A DNA stretch of 64,000 nt, taken from the NCBI GenBank assembly GCA_002269645.1, contig NIVC01000568.1, forward strand, positions 248,001-312,000, read 5' to 3'. This stretch comes from Macrostomum lignano (Eukaryota). The notes under the pieces were generated by a model, which saw only the letters and a program-made list of their open reading frames with translations, did no database searches and was not told the origin of the DNA. The position numbers and the translations under genes were made by a program. Of this stretch, positions 49,107 through 60,449 are shown piece after piece (the stretch's first letter is position 1; every line of letters starts with the position of its first letter).

Positions 49107-52100
49107 ATGACTGAGGAAACTATTTTGTTCCACTTCTATGCAAAGAGGGCCTTGTCTGGTAAGAATTTATCTATTTTTTCTCAAGCTCTTTTTTGTCTTC
49201 AGTATTTTAACTGTTTAAATTTTCATTACAGACATAGAGCTTCTCAACCTAGCTGCCAATGGCATGAAAGAGGACAAATCCAAAGTGAAATGCCTATTCT
49301 CTGGCCCAGCTGGCAATGACCTGCAGCTGTCTGTGTTTTCCAACAATGACAACAAGTAATACTCATTTTATATGCATTCTGATCTGCTATTTATGCATAT
49401 TGTGACTCGAATACAGAGGGAAATCTGGAAAGAAACAGAATGGGAGTGGAAGAGGGCGGGTGGAAGACAGTGGGAGAGAATGGAAGACAGTGGGAGAGGG
49501 TGGAAGACAGTGGGAGAGGTGGAAGACACTGGGAGAGGGTGGAAGACAGTGGGAGAGGGTGGAAGGCAGTAGGAGAGGGTGGAAGACACTGGGAGAGAGT
49601 GGAAGACACTGGGAGAGGGTGGAAGACAGTGGGAGAGGTGGAAGACAGTGGGAGAGGGTGGAAGGCAGTAGGAGAGGGTGGAAGACACTGGGAGAGAGTG
49701 GAAGACAGTGGGAGAGGTGGAAGACAGTGGGAGAGGGTGGAAGACAGTGGGAGAGGGTGGAAGACAGTGGGAGAGGGTGGAAGATAGTGGGAGAGGGTGG
49801 AAGACACTGGGAGAGAGTGGAAGACAGTGGGAGAGAGTGGAAGACCCTGGGAGAGGGTGGAAGACAGTGGGAGAGGTGGAAGACAGTGGGAGAGGTGGAA
49901 GACAGTGGGAGAGGGTGGAAGACACTGGGAGAGGGTGGAAGACAGTGGGAGAGGGTGGAAGACAGTGGGAGAGGTGGAAGACAGTGGGAGAGGTGGAAGA
50001 CAGTGGGAGAGGGTGGAAGACAGTGGGAGAGGGTGGAAGCCAGTGGGAGAGGGTGGAAGACACTGGGAGAGGGTGGAAGGCAGTGGGAGAGGGTGGAAGA
50101 CACTGGGAGAGGGTGGAAGACACTGGGAGAGGGTGGAAGACACTAGGAGAGGTGGAAGACAGTGGGAGAGGGTGGAAGACAGTGGGAGAGGTGGAAGATA
50201 GTGGGAGAGGGTGGAAGACACTGGGAGAGGGTGGAAGACAGTGGGAGAGGTGGAAGATAGTGGGAGAGGGTGGAAGACAGTGGGAGAGGTGGAAGACAGT
50301 GGGAGAGGGTGGAAGGCAGTAGGAGAGGGAGAGGGTGAAAGATAATTGGAGAGGAATGGGTAGAAACCTGACACCATTATACTTATAGCAACTAATTTAC
50401 AAATTACAATTGTTCCAGGGTGCTCAACATTCGCAACTACGAAAGCCAGAAGCTGTACATGTTTGACATTCTGGTGATGCGAAGCCACGTTAAGGTTGAT
50501 CTTGTGGTGAGCAGTGATTCGTCAGGAACTTTGTAATATATCACTTAGAAACTGTCTAGAGGCTAACTATTGAGTCCTAAATTATTACAAAGCCCTTTTA
50601 TATTTACAGTATATCCGACATGTCGAAGAGGGAATTAAGAAATTTCTTACTAGCATCGACGCCTTTGATCGGATGTACTGGTGAGGTTTATGATGCACTT
50701 TTAATACAGTGTTACACTTCTGAAATTTGTACAGAAAACTTACAGCAAGACAAGACAAAAATCTTGCCACCAGTTTATTAGACAGATCCAATCGTTGTAC
50801 ATTAAAATATACTTCTAGGCGTGCAGTCTGATTCGATTTTCAAGCAAAGTCAGCCATGCATTTACAATTTTGGCTTGTCCAAGTCTTAGAAATCATGGCT
50901 GCTCTTAAAGCTATTTCTATGGCCCAACCGTAAAAGTATCTCAAAAAAGCCAGCTAACAAATGGTGGCTATACTAGGCGGCCTGAATACTCTTTGATTTA
51001 GCATGCAGTTGTCTATGGCCAAAGCTCATTTACGCCATAGATTTACGTACATTATTTCCAATAGCTGCATACACTCAGCAACATTTAAAACGCAACACTC
51101 TAACTAGAAGAAAAATCAACTCACTCAGAAGAGTCAAAGCGCATAGTCTATGGTTCAAATCGAGCTTCAGAAACGCGTGTAGCCTCCTCTCGCAAGTAAC
51201 AGGGCGTTGACTCGACGTGGCATTCCCAGAACAAGGCGTCGAAAAAAGTCCTGGGGAATTTCCTGCCACGCGTTAGCAACAGCGTTTCGCAGTTCAGCGA
51301 CTGTCTGCGGCGGATTCTGCCGTTGAACACTCCGCTTGATAAAGTCCCAGACATGTTCAATTGGGTTCATATCAGGGGATCTTGAAGGCCACCGAAGAGT
51401 ACGCAGGTGCAGCTGGTCCTTGAGTTCGCTGACAGCTGCTGCCCGGTGCGCCGGTGCATTATCGTCCTGCAGTATGCAGTTTGCGACGCCACCAAAGTGG
51501 TTGTTAACAAAAGGGAGCAGATGCGTCTGCAGCAAACGAGCGTACTCATCGCCGTTCACGTTTGCGTCTAAGAAAACCAGCTGGGTCCTGCCTCGCATTG
51601 AAATCCCTGCCCACACGTGTACGGAGGGTCCCTGGCCATCGCAGCTTTGCACGTGCTGCTGCAGAAGCTCTTGCCGTGGCTCACGCCAGACGCGAATTCG
51701 ACCATCACTGCGAAAAAGACGAAACCGACTCTCGTCTGTAAAGATAACGCGCTGCCACTGTCCTTGCCGCCAGTGCGCCCGCTGCATGGCCCACAGTTCC
51801 CTGTTAGCGACATGTGTAGGACTCAGGCGCGGCCTCCGCATTTTTCTTGACCGCAATCCTGCAGCGTGAATCCTGCGGCGAATCGTCTGCGCGCTGAGAA
51901 CGTTGCCTCTGCGGCTTCTCTCTGCCCACATCAATCGCAGGAGTGTGGCAGGCAGTGTGGGGTTTCCACGCACTATTCTCAGCAGGCGTCGATCTGCCCT
52001 CGCTGTTGTACTGCGAAGTTGGTGAAGCACCGTACCTTTTCTCGCGTGAGCCACGCTTCCAGTGGCTCTGCTCTTCTGTAGCAGACGTAAAACTGCCTTC

Positions 52101-55100
52101 CTGAAGTGGTTCGCAACTGTTCGAAGAGTACAACCTGCTTCCAACATTCCGACTGCTCGCCATCTTTCCGCGTCTGTCATCTGTTGAACCATTCTCTCAG
52201 CTGGATCACTCTATCTGAAAACAGTCCATAGTCATCGCCCTGTTACTTGCGAGAGGAGGCTACACGCGTTTCTGAGGCTCGATTTGAACCATAGACTATG
52301 CGCTTTGACTCTTCTGAGTGAGTTGATTTTTCTTCTAGTTAGAGTGTTGCGTTTTAAATGCTGAGTGTATCAGTTGTGTGGCTTGCCCCAGATTTCTTGA
52401 ATGAAGCCTTGGTTCTTCTAAACCTAATGAGGTTCGCTGTCCTGAGCAGCAGAGCGCGTTTGACTCTACCCTCGATTTGTTGTTGGCAAGAGGAGGGCGT
52501 CTAGCGCTCGCTAATCGCGGCTACAGGTCAAAAGGACGACAGATAAAAAAAGCAACAGTCAAAAGGGCAACAGTCAATACATGTGTTGGAATTACAAGTT
52601 CATAATGTATTGGACTTGTATATTTGTTAATAGGCCTACGCCACAACTTAGAGACTACGTCACTACGCCACAATACTGTGACTGTGGTGGTGATTCCCGG
52701 CCAGACTAGTCAGGGGGCGCGTCTGCGCCCCTATCCTCCGGAGGTAGTCGAGCACGCGGGGTCCATCGTCGGAGATTGTGGACAGCGCTAGGTGTGATCC
52801 AAAGACCTCCGCCCGGGCGTCGGCGTGGGCCCGGCAGTCCAGAACCAGGTGTCTGAGGTCTTCCTCGGCGGCACCGCAGGCTGTGCATGTGGCGGAGGGC
52901 TCCAAGCCAATGCGGTGGCGGTATTTGCGGAGGCGGGGGCAGTGGCCAGTCCTGAGCTGGGCCAGAGTCACTTGGGCTTTACGCCCGAAGGCTGAGGGTA
53001 AGCGTCCGGGTCGCCTCCCGCCTGTCGCCGTCCTGTGGGTCGCGCAGTGGTCGTCTTTGGCGTAGGTTTGGCCGAAGTCTGTCGTTGTCAAAGCTGCGAT
53101 AGCCGAGCGGGCGCTGCGGAAGTCCAGCGGGGCGTCCGCCTGGGGCAGCCGCGCCGCGTCGCGCGCGGTGGCGTCCGCCGAGTCGTTTAGTCGGAGGTCG
53201 CAATGGCCGGGGACCCACTGGATCGTGACGTGGTGGTCCGGCGGGGTTTTGCAGAGCATCGACCAGATGTCCCGGCAGCATGGTGAAAGGCGCTCGATAC
53301 TGTGACTGTCGCCCTTTTGATCGGTTCCCAGGTCAACTGTCCTGATATGTCTAGATCTGTGCGTGGTCACGGCAAGGGGTCCGAAAAAATCGATCTCATC
53401 TGCCTCGTAATTATAGCTGATCACATCCCCAAATTCACGTGAGAATCCTGCCTTAGCGTGGAAAAATTTCCTTATTTCCTTAAAATTTCCGTAACAGTGA
53501 CGTGATTCAAGGTCACGTGTCTAATAGTTGTGTGCGCGCAGTCACGTGCTTTTCTGTGCTAAAAATAGAAACAAAAAAATAGTCTACTCTCTCACCCTCT
53601 GGTTAGACTACACACTCAATGCGCGATAAAGGAAGTAATGAGAATTCTCAAAAAGGGAAAACCTTTTGACTAGCGACTCGCTACACCAACAATAATATTT
53701 CATATTACCAGCATGCTCGGGCCAGTCCGCCGCGGCGAGGCCCTGTGGCGCTACTTTATCACGGCTGACGAGTTCTTAGTTGAATTCCATCTCGATCGCC
53801 TAGTAGTGGAGAGGCAGACCAAGTATCAGAATGTGAAGATCTTCTGGAGCGAAGCGCACGGTCACGTGTTGTTTCTAGACGAGGATGTCATGCTGGCCGA
53901 GAAGGATCAGGAGCCCTACACCCGGGTTCTGCTGGGCTTGGAGACTGGCAAGCCCGCTAGGAACTGCTACGCCGACAAGGAGATCCTCATTCTCGGCGGC
54001 GGCGACGGCGGTGTCATCTGCGAGCTGCTGAAACAGCAGCCTCGCATGGTCACCATGGTGGAGATTGACAGCACAGTGGTGCAGCTCTGCGCCAAGTACA
54101 TGCGGGGCGCCTGCGAGGATGCGCTGGACACCCTGGAGGGGCCCAACAAGAAGGTGAGGACTGCATTGAGTCCGTTTCTGTTGTGTCCTTTCTCACTTGT
54201 CTCTCCTCACCTGTCTCTCACCTGTCTCTCACCTGTCTCTCCTCATCTGTCTCTTCTTACCTGTCTTTTCTCACCTATCTCTTTTCACCTGTCTCTTCTC
54301 ACCTATCTCTTCAAACCTGTCTCTCCTCACCTGTCTCTTCTTACCTGTCTTTTCTCACCTATCTCTTTTCACCTGCCCCTCACCTGTCTCTCCTCACCTG
54401 TCTGGCCTCACCTGTCTTTTCTCACCTGTCTCTCCTCACCTGTCTGTCCTCACCTGTCTCTCCTGTCTCTTCTCTCCTGTCTCTTCTCACCTATATCTTT
54501 TCACCTGTCTCTCCTGTCTCTTGTCACCTGTCTCTCACCTGTCTCTCGTTCTCTGTGAAGTTTCACAATTTGTTGAAAAAGGTCACTGAATTTGGCCATT
54601 GTCAAACTAGCTTTTCAAGCAAACCCTTTCTACTATGGCCTAAATTATCACATAAATGATCACAGATAATCATTGGAGACTGCCTGGACCACCTGCACGA
54701 GTGCATTCAATCCGGCAAGAAGTACGACTACATTATTAACGACCTGACTGAGTTCATGATTAACAAGGAGGAGCGCGGATGGAACTACGACTTTGCTACG
54801 GATAATAGTCAGGTAACTTTTCTATTCCCAACCTGAGAGATTTTGTGTGGTCATTACCTGTGAGATTTTGTAGCCACATCTGTGAGATTTTGTAGCCACT
54901 ATCTGAGATTTTGTAGCCACTATCTGTGAGATTTTGTAGCCACTATCTGTGAGATTTTGTAGCCACTATCTGTGAGACTGTTGTTTTATCTGTGAGACTT
55001 TGTTGTCTTAAAATCTCTGAGATTTTATGCTCCTAATGTGAGACGTTAAATGGCATCAATTTCCAGATGATGGAGATCTCGCTAAAGGCTCTGAAGCCCG

Positions 55101-55261
55101 ACGGCTGCTACATCCTGCGCGGCGGCTCGCTTCACTTCAAGAAGTTCTGGGGCCGCTTCGAGGAAGACTGCCGCAAGCTCGGCCTGCAGTTCAGGGTGTA
55201 CGACAACTTCGTGCCCGGTTTTTACGAAATCTACCGGTTCTACGAGGTTCGCTTCGCCTAA
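49107..55261 (+). CDS. SMS: Spermine synthase; exons 49107-49158, 49232-49355, 50419-50506, 50610-50680, 53712-54153, 54666-54812, 55067-55261 (~372 aa)
   Basis: Catalytic domain with ILILGGGDGG, VTMVEID, YDYIINDLT and C-terminal ..VPGFYEIY..Y. Four upstream exons join with consistent phases (1, 2, 0, 2) and supply the ~110-aa N-terminal domain; total 1119 nt. Confidence 0.9.
49440..50340. repeat. Purine-rich GGAAGACAGTGGGAGAG(G)GT minisatellite in SMS intron 2
   Basis: About 0.9 kb of 20/21-bp units. Confidence 0.97.
51072..52367 (-). mobile_element. Tc1-family transposon (1296 bp) in SMS intron 4
   Basis: ~135-bp TIRs beginning CACTCAGC (51072-51207 and about 52235-52367), with TA duplicated at 51070-51071 and 52368-52369. 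Confidence 0.97.
51167..52192 (-). CDS. Tc1 transposase, DD34E, 341 aa
   Basis: N-terminal HTH region, VIFTDESRF, ILQDDNAPAH and WPSRSPDMNPIEHVW. There are 34 residues between the second catalytic D and the E. Confidence 0.95.
   Translation of the reverse strand: MVQQMTDAERWRAVGMLEAGCTLRTVANHFRKAVLRLLQKSRATGSVAHARKGTVLHQLRSTTARADRRLLRIVRGNPTLPATLLRLMWAERSRRGNVLSAQTIRRRIHAAGLRSRKMRRPRLSPTHVANRELWAMQRAHWRQGQWQRVIFTDESRFRLFRSDGRIRVWREPRQELLQQHVQSCDGQGPSVHVWAGISMRGRTQLVFLDANVNGDEYARLLQTHLLPFVNNHFGGVANCILQDDNAPAHRAAAVSELKDQLHLRTLRWPSRSPDMNPIEHVWDFIKRSVQRQNPPQTVAELRNAVANAWQEIPQDFFRRLVLGMPRRVNALLLARGGYTRF
52686..53296 (-). mobile_element. 5'-truncated non-LTR retrotransposon fragment (RNase H C-terminus plus CCHC; I/R1/Loa-like)
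   Basis: QWVPGHC..RLNDSAD, LAQLRTGHC and C..C....EDLRHLVLDC motifs. ATACTGTGACTGT is duplicated at 52673-52685 and 53297-53309. The 3' end has a short (CAC)n tail. Confidence 0.9.
53495..53640. promoter_or_regulatory. Cluster of promoter-like motifs in SMS intron 4
   Basis: GTGACGTGA 53497, GGTCACGTG 53511, TGCGCGCA 53533, GTCACGTG 53541, GGAAGT 53631. Confidence 0.5.
54185..54550. repeat. Pyrimidine-rich (TCTCACCTG-type) repeat in SMS intron 5
   Basis: Directly visible. Confidence 0.9.
54835..55045. repeat. 23-bp TCTGTGAGATTTTGTAGCCACTA minisatellite in SMS intron 6
   Basis: About 6 units. Confidence 0.85.
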
Positions 55262-55934
55262 TCCGGTCAAACAGGGCTGGCAATGATTAGCGATGGCCTC
55301 TACTTATTAGATGACGAGGCGTTTTACTATGTAAAAGCTGAGCATAGTTGCTCCAGCCGTTTTCCTAGCTGTGCAAGTTTTTTTATAATAGCCACCTTTA
55401 TGAGCATAGCTTTCTGAAATTTCGCGACTTCAATTGGTCGTTCCCACGTTCCAAATCAAGTGTGAATGTCGGCAATAATGCTGATTAGCGATTAAGTTTA
55501 TTAGGATGAGTTTTTTACGGAGCCATTTCAACAGCCTACCTAGATAATATTGCGCTTTTTAGTTTTTTTGAAAAAATAGTATCAATAGTCGCATTATGCT
55601 ACTAATTTTTTCTCAGTAGCATTGTTAGCGTTTATTGTTATTCTTTTGAAATATGGATTTGTTTAATTCAGTACATCGAATCCAGATAACTGATCATTTT
55701 TAATAGCTTCATTTCCACACATTTTGAACTGCATCTTCACCTATAGCCTGTGAAGTCTGTTTAATTTATTAATAATTAGCACTTGCCGTATGAATTTGTT
55801 ACCGTATTCTATAATAGACCATCTCTTTTTAAAATGCGTTTTCAAAATTGGTTGCTTCGGCACCAATAAATTTGACTGCAATTTCTGAAAAAGGTTAAAT
55901 AGTTTTTTTGTTTTTTATACCGCCTATTAAAGGT

Positions 55935-56080
55935 GAGATTCGAACCAAGAACCTTTCACAATGCGCGTCTAAGGTGAGATTCGAACCAAAGCCCTTTCGT
56001 ACTGCCCGTCTAAGGTGAGATTCCAAACCAAGAACAGCTTTCATGCTGGCCGTCTTAGTTGAGATTTGAACCAAGGACCT
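55935..56080. repeat. Four AAGGTGAGATTCGAACCAA repeats (B-box-like on the minus strand)
   Basis: The GATTCGAACC core is the reverse complement of the GGTTCGAATC B-box. Confidence 0.5.
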
Positions 56081-56478
56081 TCTTTCACAAAAGCTAAGGA
56101 ACGTATTTTTTTCTTTTTGCGCTGTAGTTTTTATCCCCAACACAAACTAAAGGGGCAGAGGGGAATTTCTCCCATCTGTTTGAGGCGGAGCAGGGCGGCT
56201 GTTGTACAATATATCGATTGCTTCTAGGCAAAGGAAATGAATGCTTTTCATCGCTTGCTGGGCCCGCTCAAACAGTCGCTAAGCTAAACACTTGACAGAC
56301 AGGCAGGGAGAAAGGAAGAAAGACGCGCTGTATAATAAAAGTTTTCTATAATACCACGGGAGCAATTTGGCTGTTGGCTTGGGCTAGGAGAGAGCGCGCG
56401 GCCAGCAACCTCGGAAGGGGGGCTCCCTCCGTGAAAATGCAATAACAGCAACCTGCTGAGACTGCAGAGACTGCCTCG

Positions 56479-56492
56479 GTTGTCATGACAAC
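56479..56492. promoter_or_regulatory. Palindromic RFX X-box upstream of the LRRC74-like gene
   Basis: GTTGTCATGACAAC fits the 14-bp X-box consensus RTHNYYWTRRNRAC and lies about 160 bp before the inferred ATG. Confidence 0.65.
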
Positions 56493-56653
56493 GCGCCAGC
56501 CCTCTAAACCAGTGGGAGGGCAGATGCATACCAGCCATTGAAAATGGGGAGATTACATGTATAAGCAAGAAGAGACTTGTGAGGATAGCAACAAGTGAAG
56601 CTGCATGTTCGGCTGTTGCTTCTACTATTTAGCCACACCAATCAGATGCAGAG

Positions 56654-59600
56654 ATGTCTGATCCTACAGCACGAAGCGATGCAGCTGGTGCCGAAGTGTC
56701 AATCAGACTCGATCGCTGCTACTTCGATGCTCGAGACGACAGCGGCGACAGCTCTGACGGCTGCAGCACAGACCTGGACGTGAGCGGTGCGCGATTATGA
56801 GCTTATTATATATTATTATTAAGATTTGGCAGAGGAGAGGGAAATGTTAGAAGTTGAAAGTTGCATGCTCATTGCTCAGAAGCTGTCGGCCGGATCTCAC
56901 ACTGTTGGTTGGGTTCTGACAGCTTTGTTGCTTAGCTGAAGAAATGGATACGTGTATCCTGCTTTTATTCATACATGTACTTTTGTTCATCCTAAGCTAT
57001 AGTACGGTGTACATTTTATTGCTGTCAAGGAAGGAACACAATTGCGCGTCCGTGATTTGAAATAGCTATAGTTATTCTTTTCTAGAAATGTTCTGGGCTT
57101 AAAAACTTTGATTTTAAAAGAAATTGTCTGCGTCAACTGCTTGTGTAGAATGCTGTTCTCTAACCAAGTGAAGTAGTACATGTAGCTGAGTGAGGAGGGT
57201 GCAGTGAGTCTGAGGAGAATGAGAAGTGAGTGAGGAGATGGAAGTGAGTGAGGAGCTGAGGGAAGTGAGTGAGGAGAGTGAAGTGAGTGAGGAGAAGGAA
57301 GTGAGTGAGGAGAGTGAAGAGAGTGAAGTGAGTGAGGAGAGTGAAGTGAGTGAGGAGAGTGAAGAGATTGAAGTGAGTGAGTGAAGTGAGTGAGGAGAGA
57401 GAAGTGAGTGAGGAGAGGGAAGAGATTGAAGTGAGTGAGTGAAGAGAGTGAAGTGAGTGAGGAGAGTGAAGTGAGTGAGGAGAGTGAAGTGAGTGAGGAG
57501 AGTGAAGTGAGTGAGGAGAGTGAAGTGAGTGAGGAGAGGGAAGTGAGTGAGGAGAGTGAAGAGAGTGAAGTGAGTGAGGAGAGGGAAGTGAGTGAGGAGA
57601 GTGAAGAGATTGAAGTGAGTGAGTGAAGTGAGTGAGGAGAGGGAAGAGATTGAAGTGAGTGAGTGAAGAGAGTGAAGTGAGTGAGGAGAGTGAAGTGAGT
57701 GAGGAGAGTGAAGTGAGTGAGGAGAGTGAAGAGAGTGAAGTGAGTGAAGTGAGTGAGGAGAGTGAAGAGATTGAAGTGAGTGAGTAAGAGAGTGAAGTGA
57801 GTGAAGAGAGTGAGGTGAGTGAGGAGAAAGAAGTGAGTGAGGAGAGGGAAGAGATTGAAGTGAGTGAGTAAGAGAGTGAAGTGAGTGAAGAGAGTGAAGT
57901 GAGTGAGGAGAAAGAAGTGAGTGAGGAGAGTGAAGAGATTGAAGTGAGTGAGTAAGAGAGTGAAGTGAGTGAAGAGAGTGAAGTGAGTGAGGAGAAAGAA
58001 GTGAGTGAGGAGAGGGAAGAGATTGAAGTGAGTGAGTGAAGAGAGTGAAGTGAGTGAGGAGAAAGAAGTGAGTGAGGAGAGGGAAGAGATTGAAGTGAGT
58101 GAGTGAAGAGAGTGAAGTGAGTGAGGAGAAAGAAGTGAGTGAGGAGAGGGAAGAGATTGAAGTGAGTGAGTGAAGAGAGTGAAGTGAGTGAGGAGAGTGA
58201 AGTGAGTGAGGAGAGTGAAGTGAGTGAAGAGAGTGAAGTGAGTGAGGAGAAAGAAGTGAGTGAGGAGAGGGAAGAGATTGAAGTGAGTGAGGAGAAAGAA
58301 GTGAGTGAGGAGAGTGAAGTGAGTGAGGAGAGTGAAGTGAGTGAAGTGAGTGAAGAGAGTGAGGAGAGTGAAGTGAGTGAGGAGAGTGAAGTGAGTGAGG
58401 AGAGTGAAGTGAATGAAGAGAGTAAAGTGAGTGAGGAGAGGGAAGTGAGTGAGGAGAGTGAAGTGAGTGAGGAGAGGGAAGTGAGTGAAGAGAGTGAAGT
58501 GAGTGAGGAGAGTGAAGTGAGTGAGGAGAAGGAAGTGAGTGAGGAGAGTGAAGTGAGTGAGGAGAGAGAAGTGAGTGAGTGAAGTGAGTGAGGAGAGGGA
58601 ACTGAGTGAGTGAGTGAAGAGAGTGAAGTGAGTGAGGAGAGGAAAGTGAGTGAGGAGAGTGAAGTGAGTGAGGAGAGTGAAGTGAGTGAGGAGAGTGAAG
58701 TGAGTGAGGAGAGTGAAGTGAGTGAAGTGAGTGAAGTGAGTGAGGCAAGAGAAGTGAGTGAGGAGAGTGAAGTGAGTGAAGTGAGTGAGGAGAGTGAAGT
58801 GAGTGAAGAGAGTGAAGTGAGTGAAGAGAGTGAAGTGAGTGAGGAGAGAGAAGTGAGTGAGTGAAGAGAGTGAAGTGAGTGAGGAGAGTGAAGTGAGTGA
58901 AGTGAGTGAGGCGAGTGAAACACATTAAAACTAAGCGACTCAATCACTGGCAGTGGAGGTGGCTGAAGCTGAGCAGCCGTCGGCGCGGCTGTCTCGAGAG
59001 CGCATGAGTCGCCGGCTGCACACCGAGCGCGGCCTGACGCGCAGCCAGACAGTCTACGCGGTGCTGTGCAACAGTGTCGGCGACGACTTCAGCGAACCGA
59101 CGTTGTCTGCCGCGTCGAAGACGGCCGGGGTGGCCGCCGCTCTGCAGACCCGCGTGCTGGAGGGCTTGGAGAAGCCCGCGCTCAGCCTGGCAGGGCGATA
59201 CCTGGGACCGGCGTCCTTTAGACCGGTTGGGCGGGCGCTGCGGGTGAGTGCGGAGTGGGGTGTGCAAGGAGTGAGTTGTACAGGCTGGGTGTACAGGAAC
59301 TGAGGTGTGCAAGGAGTGAGTTGTACAGGCTGGGTGTACAGGAACTGAGGTGTGCAAGGAGTGAGTTGTACAGGCTGGGTGTACAGGAACTGAGGTGTGC
59401 AAGGAGTGAGTTGTACAGGCTGGGTGTACAGGAACTGAGGTGTGCAAGGAGTGAGTTGTACAGGCTGGGTGTACAGGAACTGAGGTGTGCAAGGAGTGAG
59501 TTGTACAGGCTGGGTGTACAGGAACTGAGGTGTGCAAGGAGTGAGTTGTACAGGCTGGGTGTACAGGGACTGAGGTATGCAGGGAGTGGGTTGTACCGGC

Positions 59601-60417
59601 TGGGTGTACAGGGACTAAGTTGTGCAGGGAGTGAGTTGTACAGGCTGGGTGTACAGGGACTGAGGTTTACAGGGAGTGAGTTGTACAGGCTGGGGTGCTG
59701 GGATGTGCAGGGAGTGGGTTGTACAGGCTTTGGTGTACAGAGAGTGAATTGTACAAGTTGAGGTGTACAGGGAGTGGGTTGTAGAGGCTGGAGTGTACAT
59801 GGGTGTGTTAAATTAGAGTGATGTTTAGGCAGTGGAGTGTACTAGTGTAGAAAATATGGTTTACGTACGTACAGTGACAAGTCAATCCTTTCAACCGTAC
59901 ATGTGCAGGTGAACAGTCACGTGACTAAATTGGATCTCTCTCAAAACGGTCTGGAAGCGGAGGGTATGCTGCAATTATCCAAGGTGCTGAGATCGAATCA
60001 CTCGGTGCGAGAGCTGGTAAGTCCGGCACGCTGTATTAAAATTAATTATTTTGGCCTTCATCTGATACTAAGATGTCAAATTACTTCCAAAAGAACATTT
60101 CGGGCAACAACATTGGCGATAAAGGAGCGATCGCGGTGGCAGATTTGATGAAGTACAACACTGCCATACAGATGCTGGACGTCAGCGGTGAGGAAGGCGT
60201 ACGGCTGTATCGGAGTGCTGCTAATTTATGACTGCCCTAGTAGCTTAACTATTGAATCAGCCATTCAATCAATCAATCAATCAATTAATCGATCAATCAA
60301 TCAATCAATCAATTAATCGATCAATCAATCAATTAATCGATCAATCAATCAATTAATCGATTAATCAATCAATTAATCGATCAATCAATCAATTAATCGA
60401 TCCATCAATCAATTAAT

Positions 60418-60449
<32 letters not shown>

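Noticed and set aside
49368-50488. Multiple 200-365-aa ORFs
   Set aside because: Translations of the purine-rich minisatellite in SMS intron 2.
53713-54558. ORF 53713 as the complete start of spermine synthase
   Set aside because: An acceptor precedes it (CCAG|C-ATG) and four upstream exons supply the expected N-terminal domain. Kept only as a possible alternative isoform.
57114-58947. 609-aa and 595-aa His/Ser/Leu-rich ORFs
   Set aside because: Antisense translations of the intronic GAGAGTGAAGTGAGT array.
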